Positions 36,431 through 48,846 of a stretch of 64,000 bases of DNA are shown one piece after another. The position numbers were made by a program, and so were the translations under genes. The notes beneath the pieces were generated by a model, which saw nothing but the letters and a program-made list of their open reading frames with translations, was not told the origin of the DNA and made no database searches. The DNA is from Asterionella formosa (Eukaryota), in contig NKIB01012814.1 in the NCBI GenBank assembly GCA_002256025.1, positions 1 to 64,000 on the forward strand, written 5' to 3'. Within the stretch, counting starts at the first letter, position 1. Each line of letters starts with the position of its first letter.

Positions 36431-38843
36431 TATTTTTCATGCTAATTAATCTACACCGGTAGTCGTGAAACTTCTGACATCAGTCTTGTTTTTGTTCTTG
36501 GGTGCACTTTTCTTTTTCTTCCTTCTTGCTTCAACTGTGACCCACTCGTCATCGTGTCCTAATAATTTTGTCTTACCATAATGCTATTTTTGTCTCACCA
36601 TCTGATAACTTTGTCTCACCATCTGTTAGTTCCAACACAAATATGCATGAAAAATAGTCACACAAGACTGATTGAAACAAGCATCGAAAATTTGAGAAGA
36701 TCTTTTTAAGCAACCAAAGTATGAAACGGAAATCAAAAGGTAAGAAGCAACAATGATAAGCAGGGATTAAAACATATAGTGAAAAATAAATTGAGTTGGT
36801 GGAAAATACGTGTGAAAAATTGCCAATACATGTACATCAACAATTGTCGCCTTACACTTTGTTCATGTCGTCGAAGCGAAAAAATGAAATGTTCAATCAG
36901 GCCAGGCGAAGCAGCAACTGGTAGTTAAAGCGGCTTGGGAGGCAATGGTGCTGGAAGAACGTGACTTGTGGTGGTTGTGGAGGAAGCAAGGAGCGCCGGC
37001 GTGATTGTAAACTTTGGCGGCGTTGGTGTGATGTGAAAGTTCGTATATTGTAGGAGAAGATCATGACCCGCCTGGATGGCTAAAGTTTCAAGGAACGGGA
37101 TCAAGATCATCATCATGGTGGAAATTTTGATTGTATGCAGTGATGGATTCATTTTATACAATCACAGTAGGGTTCACTCGAAAAGAAATTGAATTGAGAC
37201 AACAATCAACCTGACTTGTCAATTGCGTTGGGTGTGGTGTGGTGCTGGAACATGGTACATTGCAAGTTGTGTTGTTGGCGCAAATGATGTAGATCATAAT
37301 GATTCTGACATTGTTTTGGAAATCATTCAGTTGCTGCTTTGGCTGGTGGAATGTTCCGACTGGTGATTCTTGTTCGACAATGTGAATGGTAGTAAATTAC
37401 TAAAGTATTGAGTTTCAGAGAAGATGAATGGGAGCAAGCATATGCAACAATCAAAAGAATGTACCACGAAACTTGGGAATCGTTTTGAGACATTAGGAAC
37501 ATTGCAGCTATAAGGTGCAAGGAACAAATGTGATGCTGGCTCCTTGGATATTTGGATTGTGAGTACAATATACATTGTTGAGATGCTCTATGTGGAAAAC
37601 AATATAGTTTGATTATTGGTATTACCATGATTCACATGGAAGCGACCAAACAACAATCAACAGAACATATCATAATGAACCAACCAAGACAACAGGCACA
37701 GTTTGATGATTCCTGTTGTCCACTTGGGTGTTGTTTCTCACCTCAAGCTGATGGCTCTTTTAGGGTACCAGAAGTTGCTTCTGGTTCGCGTTGTCCTGGT
37801 CGATTTACGATAATGAAGTAATAAAAATAATTGTGATTAGATAACCTACAGAAACAATGCTATTTTAGAACAGTGGAAAAGCCAACAATTGAGCAGTAAA
37901 ACTTGCTAACGAGATCTGATTTGAGATGCTGTGGTAGGACATGTAGAAAATATACCATGGCACTATAGTTAAAATTTAACGGCTGAGTGATCATGTTTGA
38001 TGAAAATACCAAAATTTGGCGCCACCGTGATGAAGCAGGTGTCACCAGAAGTCGAATCATGCAACAACCAGCCAGATTCATTTGATGAAGATTCAGTATT
38101 TGAGACATCAATGAACAGAGTTTGTATACATTGGAGCATGCTGGAATATAGCAAGGATGTATATAGGGGAATTGCCATCAACACTTTACAGAAAATCATC
38201 ATTTTGTGCCTTCACTTGGCTCATCCTACTTTCTTCCAATTTCGGCAGGGGCTATAGATATCAGTAATCCATTTTCCTTGTATAAACAGTACCAGGTAGT
38301 CGATTTCGGAAATAGAATCTAGAGGCAATAGAAAATATATTGAAGGTAGTTTGGCAGTCAAAAAACGGAGCAAATGAAATATACAAAATATGTTTTATGT
38401 GGAGGGCAATTGCAGGATTGAGGACCGGTAATCCAAAAACTGTACCCATGAAATATACAATAAATGTTTCATACGAAAGGCAATCGGCTAGCTCGCATCC
38501 AACATACAAACTATTTAAAACCTTTTTTCAATGTTAACTGAAAGGGCAATGTAGTGGCGAAAAGCGCGCCGATAGCTACCGGTAGTTTGTGAATTGCATA
38601 GTTAAGACCCTACTCGGGAAGAGGGGGCGCCACCCGTTTGGTCAACCTACTCGCGCCTCCCAAGCCTCGAACACAAGAATAAAAAAGGCAGTCTCCACCC
38701 TCGGTCGTGTCTTACCTTCAGAAGAGTGCTATTTACGGCTCAACACTCAATTCACAAACAAGGTTACTCCTTGCACTCTCTCGTCATTCTCGCTCGCTCG
38801 ATCAGTATCCAAAGTAATAAGCAGGTAAGGCATTGGTTACATC

Positions 38844-41800
38844 ATGTCAACTCCTCCGCATACATTGGCTTTCAGGCATCCCATTGCCATGCAAAAGCGA
38901 TCCACGACTGTTCGATCGTTGCGACGGCGCCTTTGGAAGGCGCTACAGGACGAAGACATCGAGACCGCGCTACGTGCTTATACAGCGTCAAAACGTGATT
39001 TTCAAGCGTGGGAAGAGGAAGAGACTCTTGAGGAGGAGCGGCGACTTCAATGGGAAGAAGATGAGCGCCAGGTGAATAAACAGGTACGCTCTAGGTTGTT
39101 TTGTCCATGTCTATTTTTGTTCGGTTTTGAAGCTAACGTCACGCTTCCTCAACAATTGCAGCTTCGTCATCGATCTAGACCACTGGCACTCCGAAAGCTT
39201 AGTGGGCTAGGAAAATCTATGCGAAAGTCAATTAGAAATCTTGAACCGAACAACAAGAAATCAACAGAACGGCGTGATCATGACCATGGCCAACGACGAC
39301 GACGATCAACTGACTTGCGATGTAGTGATGCCCTCCCGCTCGAATACCCCTTCTGTTCCAACGGAGACTTCCCACTTTCTATTTTGCAATTGAACATGAG
39401 TCCATCAGAACCCTTCGAATTTGACGACTTCCTCTCGCACACCGACGAATATGCAGACTTTGAGCCCCCACCCCTGGTCATTCCTGCCTCGACCAAGTTT
39501 TCCAAGCAACGGAAAAAGACAGCTCCCAGAATCGCTGGCTTCTGGAACCGGTCGTCCGCCACGGATTGGGACTTGAGTGACTCGAAAAGTGATGACGACA
39601 TGGGAACGACCAAAACGAATCAAAATATGACGACACCTCTTCATGAAGCTGCGCGACTAGGTAATCCATCTTTGCTGTCACTCATGTTGCAACGTGGAGG
39701 AAATCCCAACGCAAGAAATGGTAAGCAACAAACATCACTGCATATGGTGGCGGGGGGAGTGACGAAAATCGAAGAGCTGAAAATGAAATTCAATTACTGC
39801 GAGTCTGATGATGTCATTCGACCAGATCTTGGAATGCTAGCGCCTAAATCTACAGTGGAAGGCGACGAAGTCAGTGACTTTGACGATGATCAGCCTGTCA
39901 AACGTGCAGCACGAGCCATGTCAAAATTATGGAAAACCATGAACAAAGACAGCAAAAAGGTGGACGAAATAGTGGAAAAGGAAACGTGTTTGACGGTGCC
40001 TAAGTTTTCGGATTTGCAGACACAAGAAGCGGCACGTATGGACTCTTTATTTACGATTTTAGCATGGTCTCATCCCGTCGATGATTCTCCTTCGTCTGGC
40101 GAAGGCCCATCCATTAACTCTGTTGATGCTCGTGGTCGGACAGCACTGCATTACGCAGCTGAGCTGGGCCGAAATGATGTTTGCATGACTATTTTGTCTA
40201 GCTTTGGTGTCATTTTGACTGTTGTAGATGAATTTGGACAGACGCCTTGCGAACTGGCTGGAAACCAGGGACATTCATATTTGGCATCACAGTTGGAAGC
40301 CCGGGCTCTTCTGTATATGGATCCATACGGCATGGATGATGAGCTCATGATCACCATCTTGACCGGTTCAACCATGGCCTCTAGCGGCCGTAAGTCCCTT
40401 GCACTGCCATTTTCTTGGTTTTCCACTTTGACGATGGAGGACGTAAATGTAGAGCGTGAGAAACGAATCACGAATTGCTTGCATCGAATGAAAGACATCC
40501 TTCGGCGACTGCAACAAGATACAGAAATTACCGATTTCATGCTGAATCAATACATAGATGATTCGATGGATGGCAGTCTTGCCGTTTATAAAAGTGAGAA
40601 TGATACAACTTACGATAAATACGAAGACGAAGAAATTGCCTTAGAAATCCCTCCGAATAAAAAGCCGGCAGTGGAAAATCGTGATGGTTGCGGTGAATAT
40701 TGCAGTGATCAGGAATTGACTGACGTCCACATGAACTCAAAATTCAGTGCAACTTTTGTGCCCGAAGGAGAGAGACGTTCTAGTCAAAACGCTGCAATAA
40801 TCGACGCAATTGATCCAGGACTTAAAGAATTGCTTAGTTTTGAAATTGACCGGAAGGCATCAGCTTCGGCGCGCACTGGAAATGTCGCTTATTCTGAGAA
40901 TGGTGACAAAGCAGTTAGCATCAAAGACACAAAAGTGTCATCGAATGATACCCGAGGAGATCCAGGTGGATTTTTTTTCGATTCCAAAGGTACAACTCCT
41001 TCCGTTGCAGAATACTCATATGCCATGGAATTTTTGAAGAAAACTCACGTGGAGCGTTTCTTAGCATCCGCGAAGTGGAATGTTGAAGAAGCGCTAGCTG
41101 GCTTCGAGGAAGATCCATTGCGGCTTATGGAGAAGTTGGGAATTATTATTACGCATGATCGACACCGTGAGAATCAAACTACAGGAGAAGTGAACACGAT
41201 GTGCTTAATTTGCTGTGATGAGTACAGTATACATTCCCCAAACTGGATTACCCTGAAAGGATGTCAACACTCATTCTGTTCATTTTGTCTTGGAGACTAC
41301 ATAGCAGAGTCCGCTCGGACCAAAGAAACTGGAATATACATCGAGTGCCCACATCACAATTGTGCTGTTCCCCTTGATCCCGTCGAAGTTGAGGTGCTTG
41401 CAACATCTCCTGAAATTCTTCAATCCCTCACTAGAGCTGCAAACGAGAATTTTATTGCTGCAGCAAGTGAATTGTGTTTTTGCCCACACCCTGGATGCGA
41501 AGGCGTGGTTCGTAAGCACGCTCCTCAATTCTTAATTAGCAGCTCTTTGGATCAAGATATTATGGACTATGTGGGAGCCACTTGCACGGCAGTGTCCACG
41601 ACAAACGATGACATCGTGCAATTGACGTACGAGGGAGTTCATGACGATAACTATAAAATGACAAGAAAAGCAGTCCAGCCAATAAAGGCTCATCGTTTTT
41701 GTTTTGTATGCGGCGATACCAAGATTCATTGGCCGGTTCCATGCGACGCATTAAACCAATGGAAAGACACGATTGACGAGGAGGTCGGTGCGTTGGACAA

Positions 41801-43136
41801 TGTTGAGGATACAGGCACTACTGGCCATGAATTTGATGATCTTGCTCAGCGCCTTTGGATGAAGGCAAATACTCGACCCTGTCCCAAATGCAAATGTCCG
41901 ATAGAAAAGAACGATGGCTGTAACCACATGACATGCAGTAACCGGCTCTGCAGACACGAATTCTGTTGGATTTGTCGCGAAGATTGGAAGCTTCACAATA
42001 CTGACACTGGTGGATTTTTTAAATGCAATCGATGGCAGGGCGATGATAAGCACCAATATTATGACGCTCCACCTGAGAAACGAACACCACAATCTACTAC
42101 TGAAACGGTCAGTGATCCTTCGACGTTACCAGTATTAGCGTTACAGAATTCAAACGACCAAAATGGTTACGGAACGGCACAGCATTCGTCGCGTATTGCT
42201 TTGAAGAAGGCAAAAGAAATGGACAGGTTTTTACATCATTATCGACGATGGACAGCACACAGTGAGAGTGCGATGCTTGAAAGGAACATGGCAGACACCG
42301 TTTGCGCTCGTTTGGCCCCGGTTGTTGAGGCGGCTGTAGAGTTCAATGGAAGGAAAGATTTTGATTTTAATGGAAAGGGTCTGTCTTTTGTGCACGATGC
42401 CTTCACTGAGCTACTTGAGTCGCGATCGCTTCTGCAGCACAGCTACGCGTTTGCATTTTTTCGGTACCCCACCTTTGAGCTTGTACGACGTAGTCGGGCC
42501 ATGAAGATTCGTGAACGCGAAAAGATGGGCTTTGAGCAGTTGCAGTCCGAGCTTGAAATGTTGACGGAACAAATGAGTGACATTGTTGCTAGAAAACATC
42601 TCCGCGCCACTCAAGTCCAAATCATGTTCTTGACCAATGAGACTTGCCAAAAAAGAAGTGAACTGACGTCCCTTATGTTGACATTGCTTCATCAACAACG
42701 CAAAGATGCCAAAGACGAAGTCCATGAACAGGAAGAACAGAAAAAGCAGCAAGCAAAAGATTCTGCTTCTTTTTCTCTTCCCGATTTCTTGGACTTTAGC
42801 GACCCTTTCGGCAACGTCAGCGGTGGTCATGATCAAACACCTTCCCAGCTCCGACGCTTGATGGAATCCCATCAGCGCAGGGTGACCGCATATGGTGATT
42901 CAGACGATGAAGACGATTATCTCATATTCCCAAATCGGATGCGAATGCTGCAAAGGGATGAAGAGTCTATGCAGCTAGCGATGCGAGCCAGTGTTACAGC
43001 TTATCAAAATCGTACAGAACCCACGGTGGCGGAAAATGATGGTCCACTATTTTCTGACTGGCCATGTGGTGTGTGCACATACATGAATGCTGGTGGTCAG
43101 CATTGTGCCATGTGTGGTGGTCCCAAACGAAATTAA
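38844..43136 (+). CDS. Ankyrin-repeat RBR E3 ubiquitin ligase (ANKIB1/Ariadne-like) with C-terminal UIM-like helix and RanBP2-type zinc finger; probable intron 39084-39161
   Basis: Ankyrins TPLHEAARLG and TALHYAAELG; RING1 CLICC..CQHSFCSFC; IBR CPHPGC..FCFVC..HWPVPC; RING2 CPKCKCPIEKNDGCNHMTC..HEFCWIC; Ariadne domain RFLHHYRRW..H; WPCGVCTYMN..CAMC. Confidence 0.93.
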   Translation: MSTPPHTLAFRHPIAMQKRSTTVRSLRRRLWKALQDEDIETALRAYTASKRDFQAWEEEETLEEERRLQWEEDERQVNKQVRSRLFCPCLFLFGFEANVTLPQQLQLRHRSRPLALRKLSGLGKSMRKSIRNLEPNNKKSTERRDHDHGQRRRRSTDLRCSDALPLEYPFCSNGDFPLSILQLNMSPSEPFEFDDFLSHTDEYADFEPPPLVIPASTKFSKQRKKTAPRIAGFWNRSSATDWDLSDSKSDDDMGTTKTNQNMTTPLHEAARLGNPSLLSLMLQRGGNPNARNGKQQTSLHMVAGGVTKIEELKMKFNYCESDDVIRPDLGMLAPKSTVEGDEVSDFDDDQPVKRAARAMSKLWKTMNKDSKKVDEIVEKETCLTVPKFSDLQTQEAARMDSLFTILAWSHPVDDSPSSGEGPSINSVDARGRTALHYAAELGRNDVCMTILSSFGVILTVVDEFGQTPCELAGNQGHSYLASQLEARALLYMDPYGMDDELMITILTGSTMASSGRKSLALPFSWFSTLTMEDVNVEREKRITNCLHRMKDILRRLQQDTEITDFMLNQYIDDSMDGSLAVYKSENDTTYDKYEDEEIALEIPPNKKPAVENRDGCGEYCSDQELTDVHMNSKFSATFVPEGERRSSQNAAIIDAIDPGLKELLSFEIDRKASASARTGNVAYSENGDKAVSIKDTKVSSNDTRGDPGGFFFDSKGTTPSVAEYSYAMEFLKKTHVERFLASAKWNVEEALAGFEEDPLRLMEKLGIIITHDRHRENQTTGEVNTMCLICCDEYSIHSPNWITLKGCQHSFCSFCLGDYIAESARTKETGIYIECPHHNCAVPLDPVEVEVLATSPEILQSLTRAANENFIAAASELCFCPHPGCEGVVRKHAPQFLISSSLDQDIMDYVGATCTAVSTTNDDIVQLTYEGVHDDNYKMTRKAVQPIKAHRFCFVCGDTKIHWPVPCDALNQWKDTIDEEVGALDNVEDTGTTGHEFDDLAQRLWMKANTRPCPKCKCPIEKNDGCNHMTCSNRLCRHEFCWICREDWKLHNTDTGGFFKCNRWQGDDKHQYYDAPPEKRTPQSTTETVSDPSTLPVLALQNSNDQNGYGTAQHSSRIALKKAKEMDRFLHHYRRWTAHSESAMLERNMADTVCARLAPVVEAAVEFNGRKDFDFNGKGLSFVHDAFTELLESRSLLQHSYAFAFFRYPTFELVRRSRAMKIREREKMGFEQLQSELEMLTEQMSDIVARKHLRATQVQIMFLTNETCQKRSELTSLMLTLLHQQRKDAKDEVHEQEEQKKQQAKDSASFSLPDFLDFSDPFGNVSGGHDQTPSQLRRLMESHQRRVTAYGDSDDEDDYLIFPNRMRMLQRDEESMQLAMRASVTAYQNRTEPTVAENDGPLFSDWPCGVCTYMNAGGQHCAMCGGPKRN

Positions 43137-43627
43137 TTGTTAGTTATGAGTGCTTGCTTCCCACAAACTTTTGAGTCTCTGTTATTTGTTTGACTACATC
43201 TTGTGGAAGGCATCGACAAGTCACTTGGTTAAAAATTAATGGTCAAGGTCAACTTTCAGAGGGCGTTATGATCAGCTTATTGTTCAAATTATGAACATTA
43301 GTGTGGTTGACAGTAATACTCGAGGCTACTACTTCCTTGAAGATCCAGAAAAGGACTGTTTTTACTTTGAGCACAAGTCAGCTAACTTTCTGTTTGTTAG
43401 TACTGGTACCACCAGATAACCTCATTATCTTTGGAATTTATTTATTTCTGGCATTTCTCTAGCTGCATGGGAAGTTGCACCAACATATGGCAAGCCAAAA
43501 AATGGCATCTGAATGTATCCTCACACAGTTCTGTTCACTTTGAAAACTGGCAGTAGTTTAAACCAATTTGATTCTTGAGGTGTAACATTGTGAATTTCAC
43601 CATCTTTTTCAAGACGCTCTACCATTA

Positions 43628-44097
43628 CAAGTTGTGGTAATTTTGCCGAACTAAGGATTTAGCTGTCTTTATCATGTATTAAATTGTTTATTTAAGCATA
43701 ATGACCACATCTAGTTGTTGTACCAGCAAGTTGCGGTCATTTTCCTGAAATGGACAACATGTAACCGTACAGCGACATATTTTATCATATATATATATAA
43801 AGAACATCTATTCATAGCATGATCCAGCAGAATAAATATCGAAATTCTTCTAATTGCAAAAACTAGAACACAAAGCATATGACTATGACTTTCAGTAAAG
43901 CATTGTGAGACTTTCAGGAAATACCTATGACTTTCAGGAAATGCCTATGACTTTCAGGAAACTTAAGGAAATTTCAGGAAACGTGAGGAAACCAGGCTGG
44001 TACAACAACCAGATGCGGTCATTCTGCTTAAATTAACAATTTATAATGGTAAAAGGACAGCTAAGTCCTTCTTAGTCGGCAAAATTACCGCAAATTG
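43628..44097. mobile_element. MITE-like fold-back element with ~100-bp imperfect TIRs and an internal ~20-bp minisatellite
   Basis: CAAGTTGTGGTAATTTTGCCGA..GTTGTTGTACCAGC pairs with GCTGGTACAACAAC..TCGGCAAAATTACCGCAAATTG. GACTTTCAGGAAA-type units repeat about 5 times at 43885-43990. Confidence 0.8.
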
Positions 44098-44696
44098 CTG
44101 ATATTTTCAAAGTCACTTCTTTGTTTGTACACCTTGTTCTCTTGCTTCTTTTGGGGCTCTTGGCATTTTTGGACTTAATTATCATCATCTTCATGGCAGC
44201 ATTGACTGAACTGGCTGCAGATATTAAATTGAATCACTAATTTACCGTATTCTTCCCCATCATTGTCATCAAGAAGAATGCAGGCAGCAACCGGCTTTGC
44301 ATGGAAGTAGGAGGAGGAAGGGGAACAAAAAATGCAATTTTTGCACAATCACGGGAACTAGTGACTCTCATACATGCCAGTTCATATATTTTTTAGTCAC
44401 TGAAAGAATAAGCTGGTCCTAATGTAAATGACTTGCTGCTAATTATTTTGATTAGATATGAGTTTTTGCACAAAAGTGCAGTCAGGGGAGCTAGTGAGCG
44501 ACTACTTTAAATGTATAATTACCTAGAGAATATTCTGGTCCTAGTACTTCATATGGCTCCTTGCTGCTAGTCATTTAATCTAGATTTGAAAAAATGCACA
44601 GTGAAACCGGAGATAGGCAAAGACGTGGAGTGTGACCCAGAGCTTGCCGATTTCATTTGGAATGGTTCTGATGCACTACTTCCAATTAATCAGACC

Positions 44697-45566
44697 AATG
44701 ACGATACAGATATCAAATTTTTCCTGCGGCAAACCACAATGATAATGATGAAGGATATTCGTCCCTCTATTGTTGATGATACGGATAACGGGTTTTCCAG
44801 GAGCAAACAACAATGATGAGAGCCACTTGTCGCTCTATTGATGGTAACAAAGTTGCGGACAAGTTCAACGGTTAATACAAGAACAACATCCCAAATGCTT
44901 AAATGAGTGATATGAAAAAGAAATTGTAATCAGAATCATTCTATAACTATAACTATGTGGACAGCAGTCTGTTATATTTTCGTATCTCCTTCTATGCTGA
45001 ATCTCAATTGTAGATGTAGTATCATGTGAGAATTGAAATTTTCAACGAGAACAAGTAGAATGTATTTGTTTACGAGTTGATTGGCGAGATTGTAATGCTG
45101 GTTGTTGACGAAACGGATTTACTATGTGCGCAGTGTGCGGAACCATTTCTAGTTCGAATGATTTCTTCTCTATAAACTCTTAATTGAATGATTATGAACA
45201 TAGGTTCACTGCACATGACGATTACTCAAAGATATAATGATCACTTGACCAACAATTCAAGACGTTTTTGCAAACAATCTTTCCAATTGTCATCGTCAGT
45301 ATTTCGTCGTTAATGCAAAAATCGGCGTGAAGACTGATGATGATGAGCCAAAGTATTTTACTTTAGCTGGTACATTATCCTACCAAGAAATTTAAATAAA
45401 GGAACCTAATGGAAACAATACATATAATAATTAATTATAAATAGTTAAAAGGGTTACTATTTAAATTCGAGGGCAATTATCAAAATTATTAGACGAAAAA
45501 TTATGATCAGATGATCATAATCCTATGATGCATCATAGGAATACGATAGTTTTTATTTGCAGACGC
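44697..45566. mobile_element. Harbinger-like family right arm (solo)
   Basis: Colinear with 8650-9538; ends TTTTTATTTGCAGACGC. Confidence 0.8.
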
Positions 45567-45748
45567 ACTGCTATGTTCTTATTTATATAATTGTTTGTTT
45601 ATGTTTCTGTATGTGGCTGTGGCTCTGGCTGTGTATATTTCTCATTTATCTTTGTTTTCATGTTTAGTCATGGGTCCAACGACGATAATTACATTATATG
45701 TTATTGATATATGAAAGACCTACATACATTGTTCTACCCTTTTGCTTA

Positions 45749-45809
45749 GGGGAATGGCTCAGTGGTTAGCACACCTTCTGTGATGGCGGGTTTGATTCCT
45801 GCATTCCCC
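45749..45809 (+). pseudogene. tRNA-derived sequence (pseudogene or SINE head) lacking a normal anticodon arm
   Basis: 7-bp acceptor stem GGGGAAT/ATTCCCC, A-box TGGCTCAGTGG, T arm GCGGG-TTTGATT-CCTGC. Only 61 nt long. Confidence 0.65.
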
Positions 45810-46594
45810 TCCTGTCTTTTTCATGTAGTCCCTAGTAAGGTTCTGGAGTTTGTGACTGACAAAAAGAAAGGATGAACAAAAACCGGTATTTTTTGTTTCC
45901 ATTGAAAATGTGGGTCCAAGTGCGATTAGTGGATAGCTTTAGCATACTATAAAATTTAATTCAATTTAGGTCTACTAGTACCTCTTGCCTATAACAACAA
46001 AGGTCATTGTATGCTGAGACTGACATAAAAGATGACTATTATGTCGCAGTAACTGATAGTACTTAAATACATACACAGAGCTAAATAACAATTTATGCAT
46101 AGTATGCATATAAATTCATGAAATTGTCTACTATGATATGAATGGATATGCATTTGCTTGAAGAGTATGTCTCCTCAGTTCAGTTCTGCTGGAGAAATTA
46201 CCAGGCTTCTATGCAGCTCCACTGGAAAACCGTCCTTTTTTGGAGAAAATGATCAAACTGTTAATCATCAAGACAAACACAGTGAAGCTAGGAAGTTCCG
46301 ATTGAAGCTTTCTCCAAGAAGATTGACCAGTAACCGCCTGTTACTCCAAGTAGATCGTACTAGCATTCTACCAAAGACTGCATTAATTTAGTGGATAAAT
46401 CCTGCGTTGTTTACAGGGCTAAGTTTTTCATGAGTACAAGGGTGTTTAAAAGAATTTGATATACACATGACAATCAACACTCTCACACATCATAGCCTCG
46501 TTGATTCATCATTTCAAGGCTGCATGATTCGATGGCTGCTCCCATCATTCAGCCTCTTGGCGAATGTGTATTGCACCTGGTAGCTGTAGCAGCC

Positions 46595-47125
46595 ACCCTT
46601 TCCGAGATTTCATGTTGTCAATGTTTCTCATTAATTGTACGGTGAGTAGAAAATTATCATCTAGCATAACTTATCAAGCTAGCTACTACGGATTCAATGA
46701 TGGCTCTTCTTAAGTTGCATCTTCAAAATTGAGAAAACGTTGACCAAAACAAATTCTAGCGGCGATTCCAGTTTTTGATGTCAATATTAATGAAAAGAAT
46801 TGTCATTACCGGCAAGAAATACATGCGAAATAAGGAAAGATTCATTGTCCATTTTCGTGGAGATATTGAATTAGATCATGGCTCTACTTTAATTGCATCT
46901 TCAAAATTGAGAAAACGTTGACCAAAACAAATTCTAGCGGCGATTCCAATTTTTGTTGTCAATAATCATGAAAGAATTGTCATTACCTCGTCTTTTAGGC
47001 TAGAAATACATGCGAAATAAGGAATGATTCATTGTCCATTTTCGTGGAGAAATTGAGTTAGATCAGTTCATCATGGTCAAGACAGAGAGGAAGAAAAATC
47101 ATTGACCCCCCCCTACTGCGGCAGT
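46595..47125 (+). mobile_element. Highly diverged MULE subterminal fragment with an internal ~180-bp tandem duplication
   Basis: TTATCAAGCTAG..CGGA(T/C)TCAA motif shared with MULE arms. TTGCATCTTCAAAATTGAGAAAACGTTGACCAAAACAAATTCTAGCGGCGATTCCA occurs twice. Confidence 0.6.
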
Positions 47126-48846
47126 ACAAAATCAAATTTATATATGTATACCAAACCGGTATACACATGGAGAACTTGTCGTGTACAGATACAGTAAGAT
47201 TCAGATGCTTGGGCAGTTGCATCACGTTTTGGTTGTCAGACTTGAGATTCATATATGCTAATCCCTTTAATGCTCTCCCAATTATGCAGACCATAGACTA
47301 TACCGGTACATACCGTTGTTGTTTGTCCTACATATGTAGCTACCAATAACTGGTACTACCTGGTACCACCTAAAAACGAGAGTCATCCTTATTTCTTTTA
47401 TTTACTGCTGAGAGTCATCCTTAAACAGGGTAATCACATGTTTTGGGACGAATATTGGAGATAGCTTCATTCTGTTTCAAACAGAATTTTTCCTTGGCAT
47501 GCATGGAGGAGCAATGTTTATACTTGTAAGTTGACCTTTCGTGGCCGTTCTTGCGATAAATAGGTCGAAAGGTAGCTGTCGCCAAAGTTTGGGTCAAATC
47601 AGATTACCCTATTGAGCCAGGGCAATGGATTTTTGACACTTAGAGCACATTCCAGCCATTTTTAATGTTTTAGTGATTCTTCGTTAATTATTTAGTGTCT
47701 TTTGTTTCTATATTTATTGCTTGACTACGACTGGTCACATGGAGTGCTATTGCCCCAACCTGTTCGCCATTCATACTAAATAATATCAGTATAGTTTACT
47801 ACCCATATCTATAATAATCACCATGGTGTGTGATGATGAACAAACAGAAGTCGGTTGTGCCTATGATGGTGAGTGCACGAAAAATGTACGAAGTACATGA
47901 ATATGTATGCACTGATGACAGAAGCTTACCGGTCTATAATTTTTATGCAACTGAAAATACTTTGCCGGCATTATCATGACAACCATTGAAAGAAATCAAA
48001 TTTGTTAATTTTCTAACATGAACATTTATTAGTCCTTTGAGTAGAATAGATTATTCGCTAGTATATCATGAAAAGAATGTCATTGTAGCTTGTATATTTA
48101 ATTAAATATAGTTGAATAGGTAAATTCGGAAAACTCACAATGGTGCTCAACACAAACAATGATTTCTTGATTGCTCTTTGTTGCATCAAGACGTTCAAGA
48201 CACGACGCTTTCATACCGTATATTTTATGATGGACGTAAATAAATATCACTTAAACCGTCACCAAAATAAATAACAAAAGTTGCATTGGACCCGAAACCA
48301 AGTATTTATAGTGGAGTGTCATCGAAATCGACTATTGTCATGGGAAGAAAACGTGAAAAGGGACAATAAATAATGGATAGTAATCTTTAACGGACTAATA
48401 ATTGTGTGGCATCAAAAAGTTTTTGTGGCAATACTGACGTTCAACTTGTACTAACGAGCACGCTTCCCTTGTCGAAATTTATGGCTTCTTTCTAGCGCGG
48501 TCCATTAATGCCCTGGAATGACCGGTCAAGATCATTCTCGCTCTGCTCATTTACATATCTTTTTCTGCTATATAAATACTGTCTACCGGTATTGCTGTTT
48601 AGACTTTCCTCTTCCTACATCTAGTCTTCGGACACCTGTCAACATCAACAGCCTAGCAGACTCATTCTGACATGGAATTGTTGTATTTCATGATTTGCAC
48701 AATGCATTCTGATGTCGACCGAGAAATTCTTCTGGTCGGCAGTTTCTGATTTGCCTCTTGTCCGTTTCTTCAGTCTTCCTCGACCATATCATGTACGACC
48801 ACTTTCAGTCGGTATGTGCCATGGAAAATTATGGTAACTCTGTTGC

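Noticed and set aside
36850..38500. Possible LINE 3' remnant
   Set aside because: Composition looks like decayed coding DNA but I could not identify a convincing motif.
45749..45809. Functional tRNA gene
   Set aside because: Too short, no proper anticodon stem-loop, and the T-loop is mutated.
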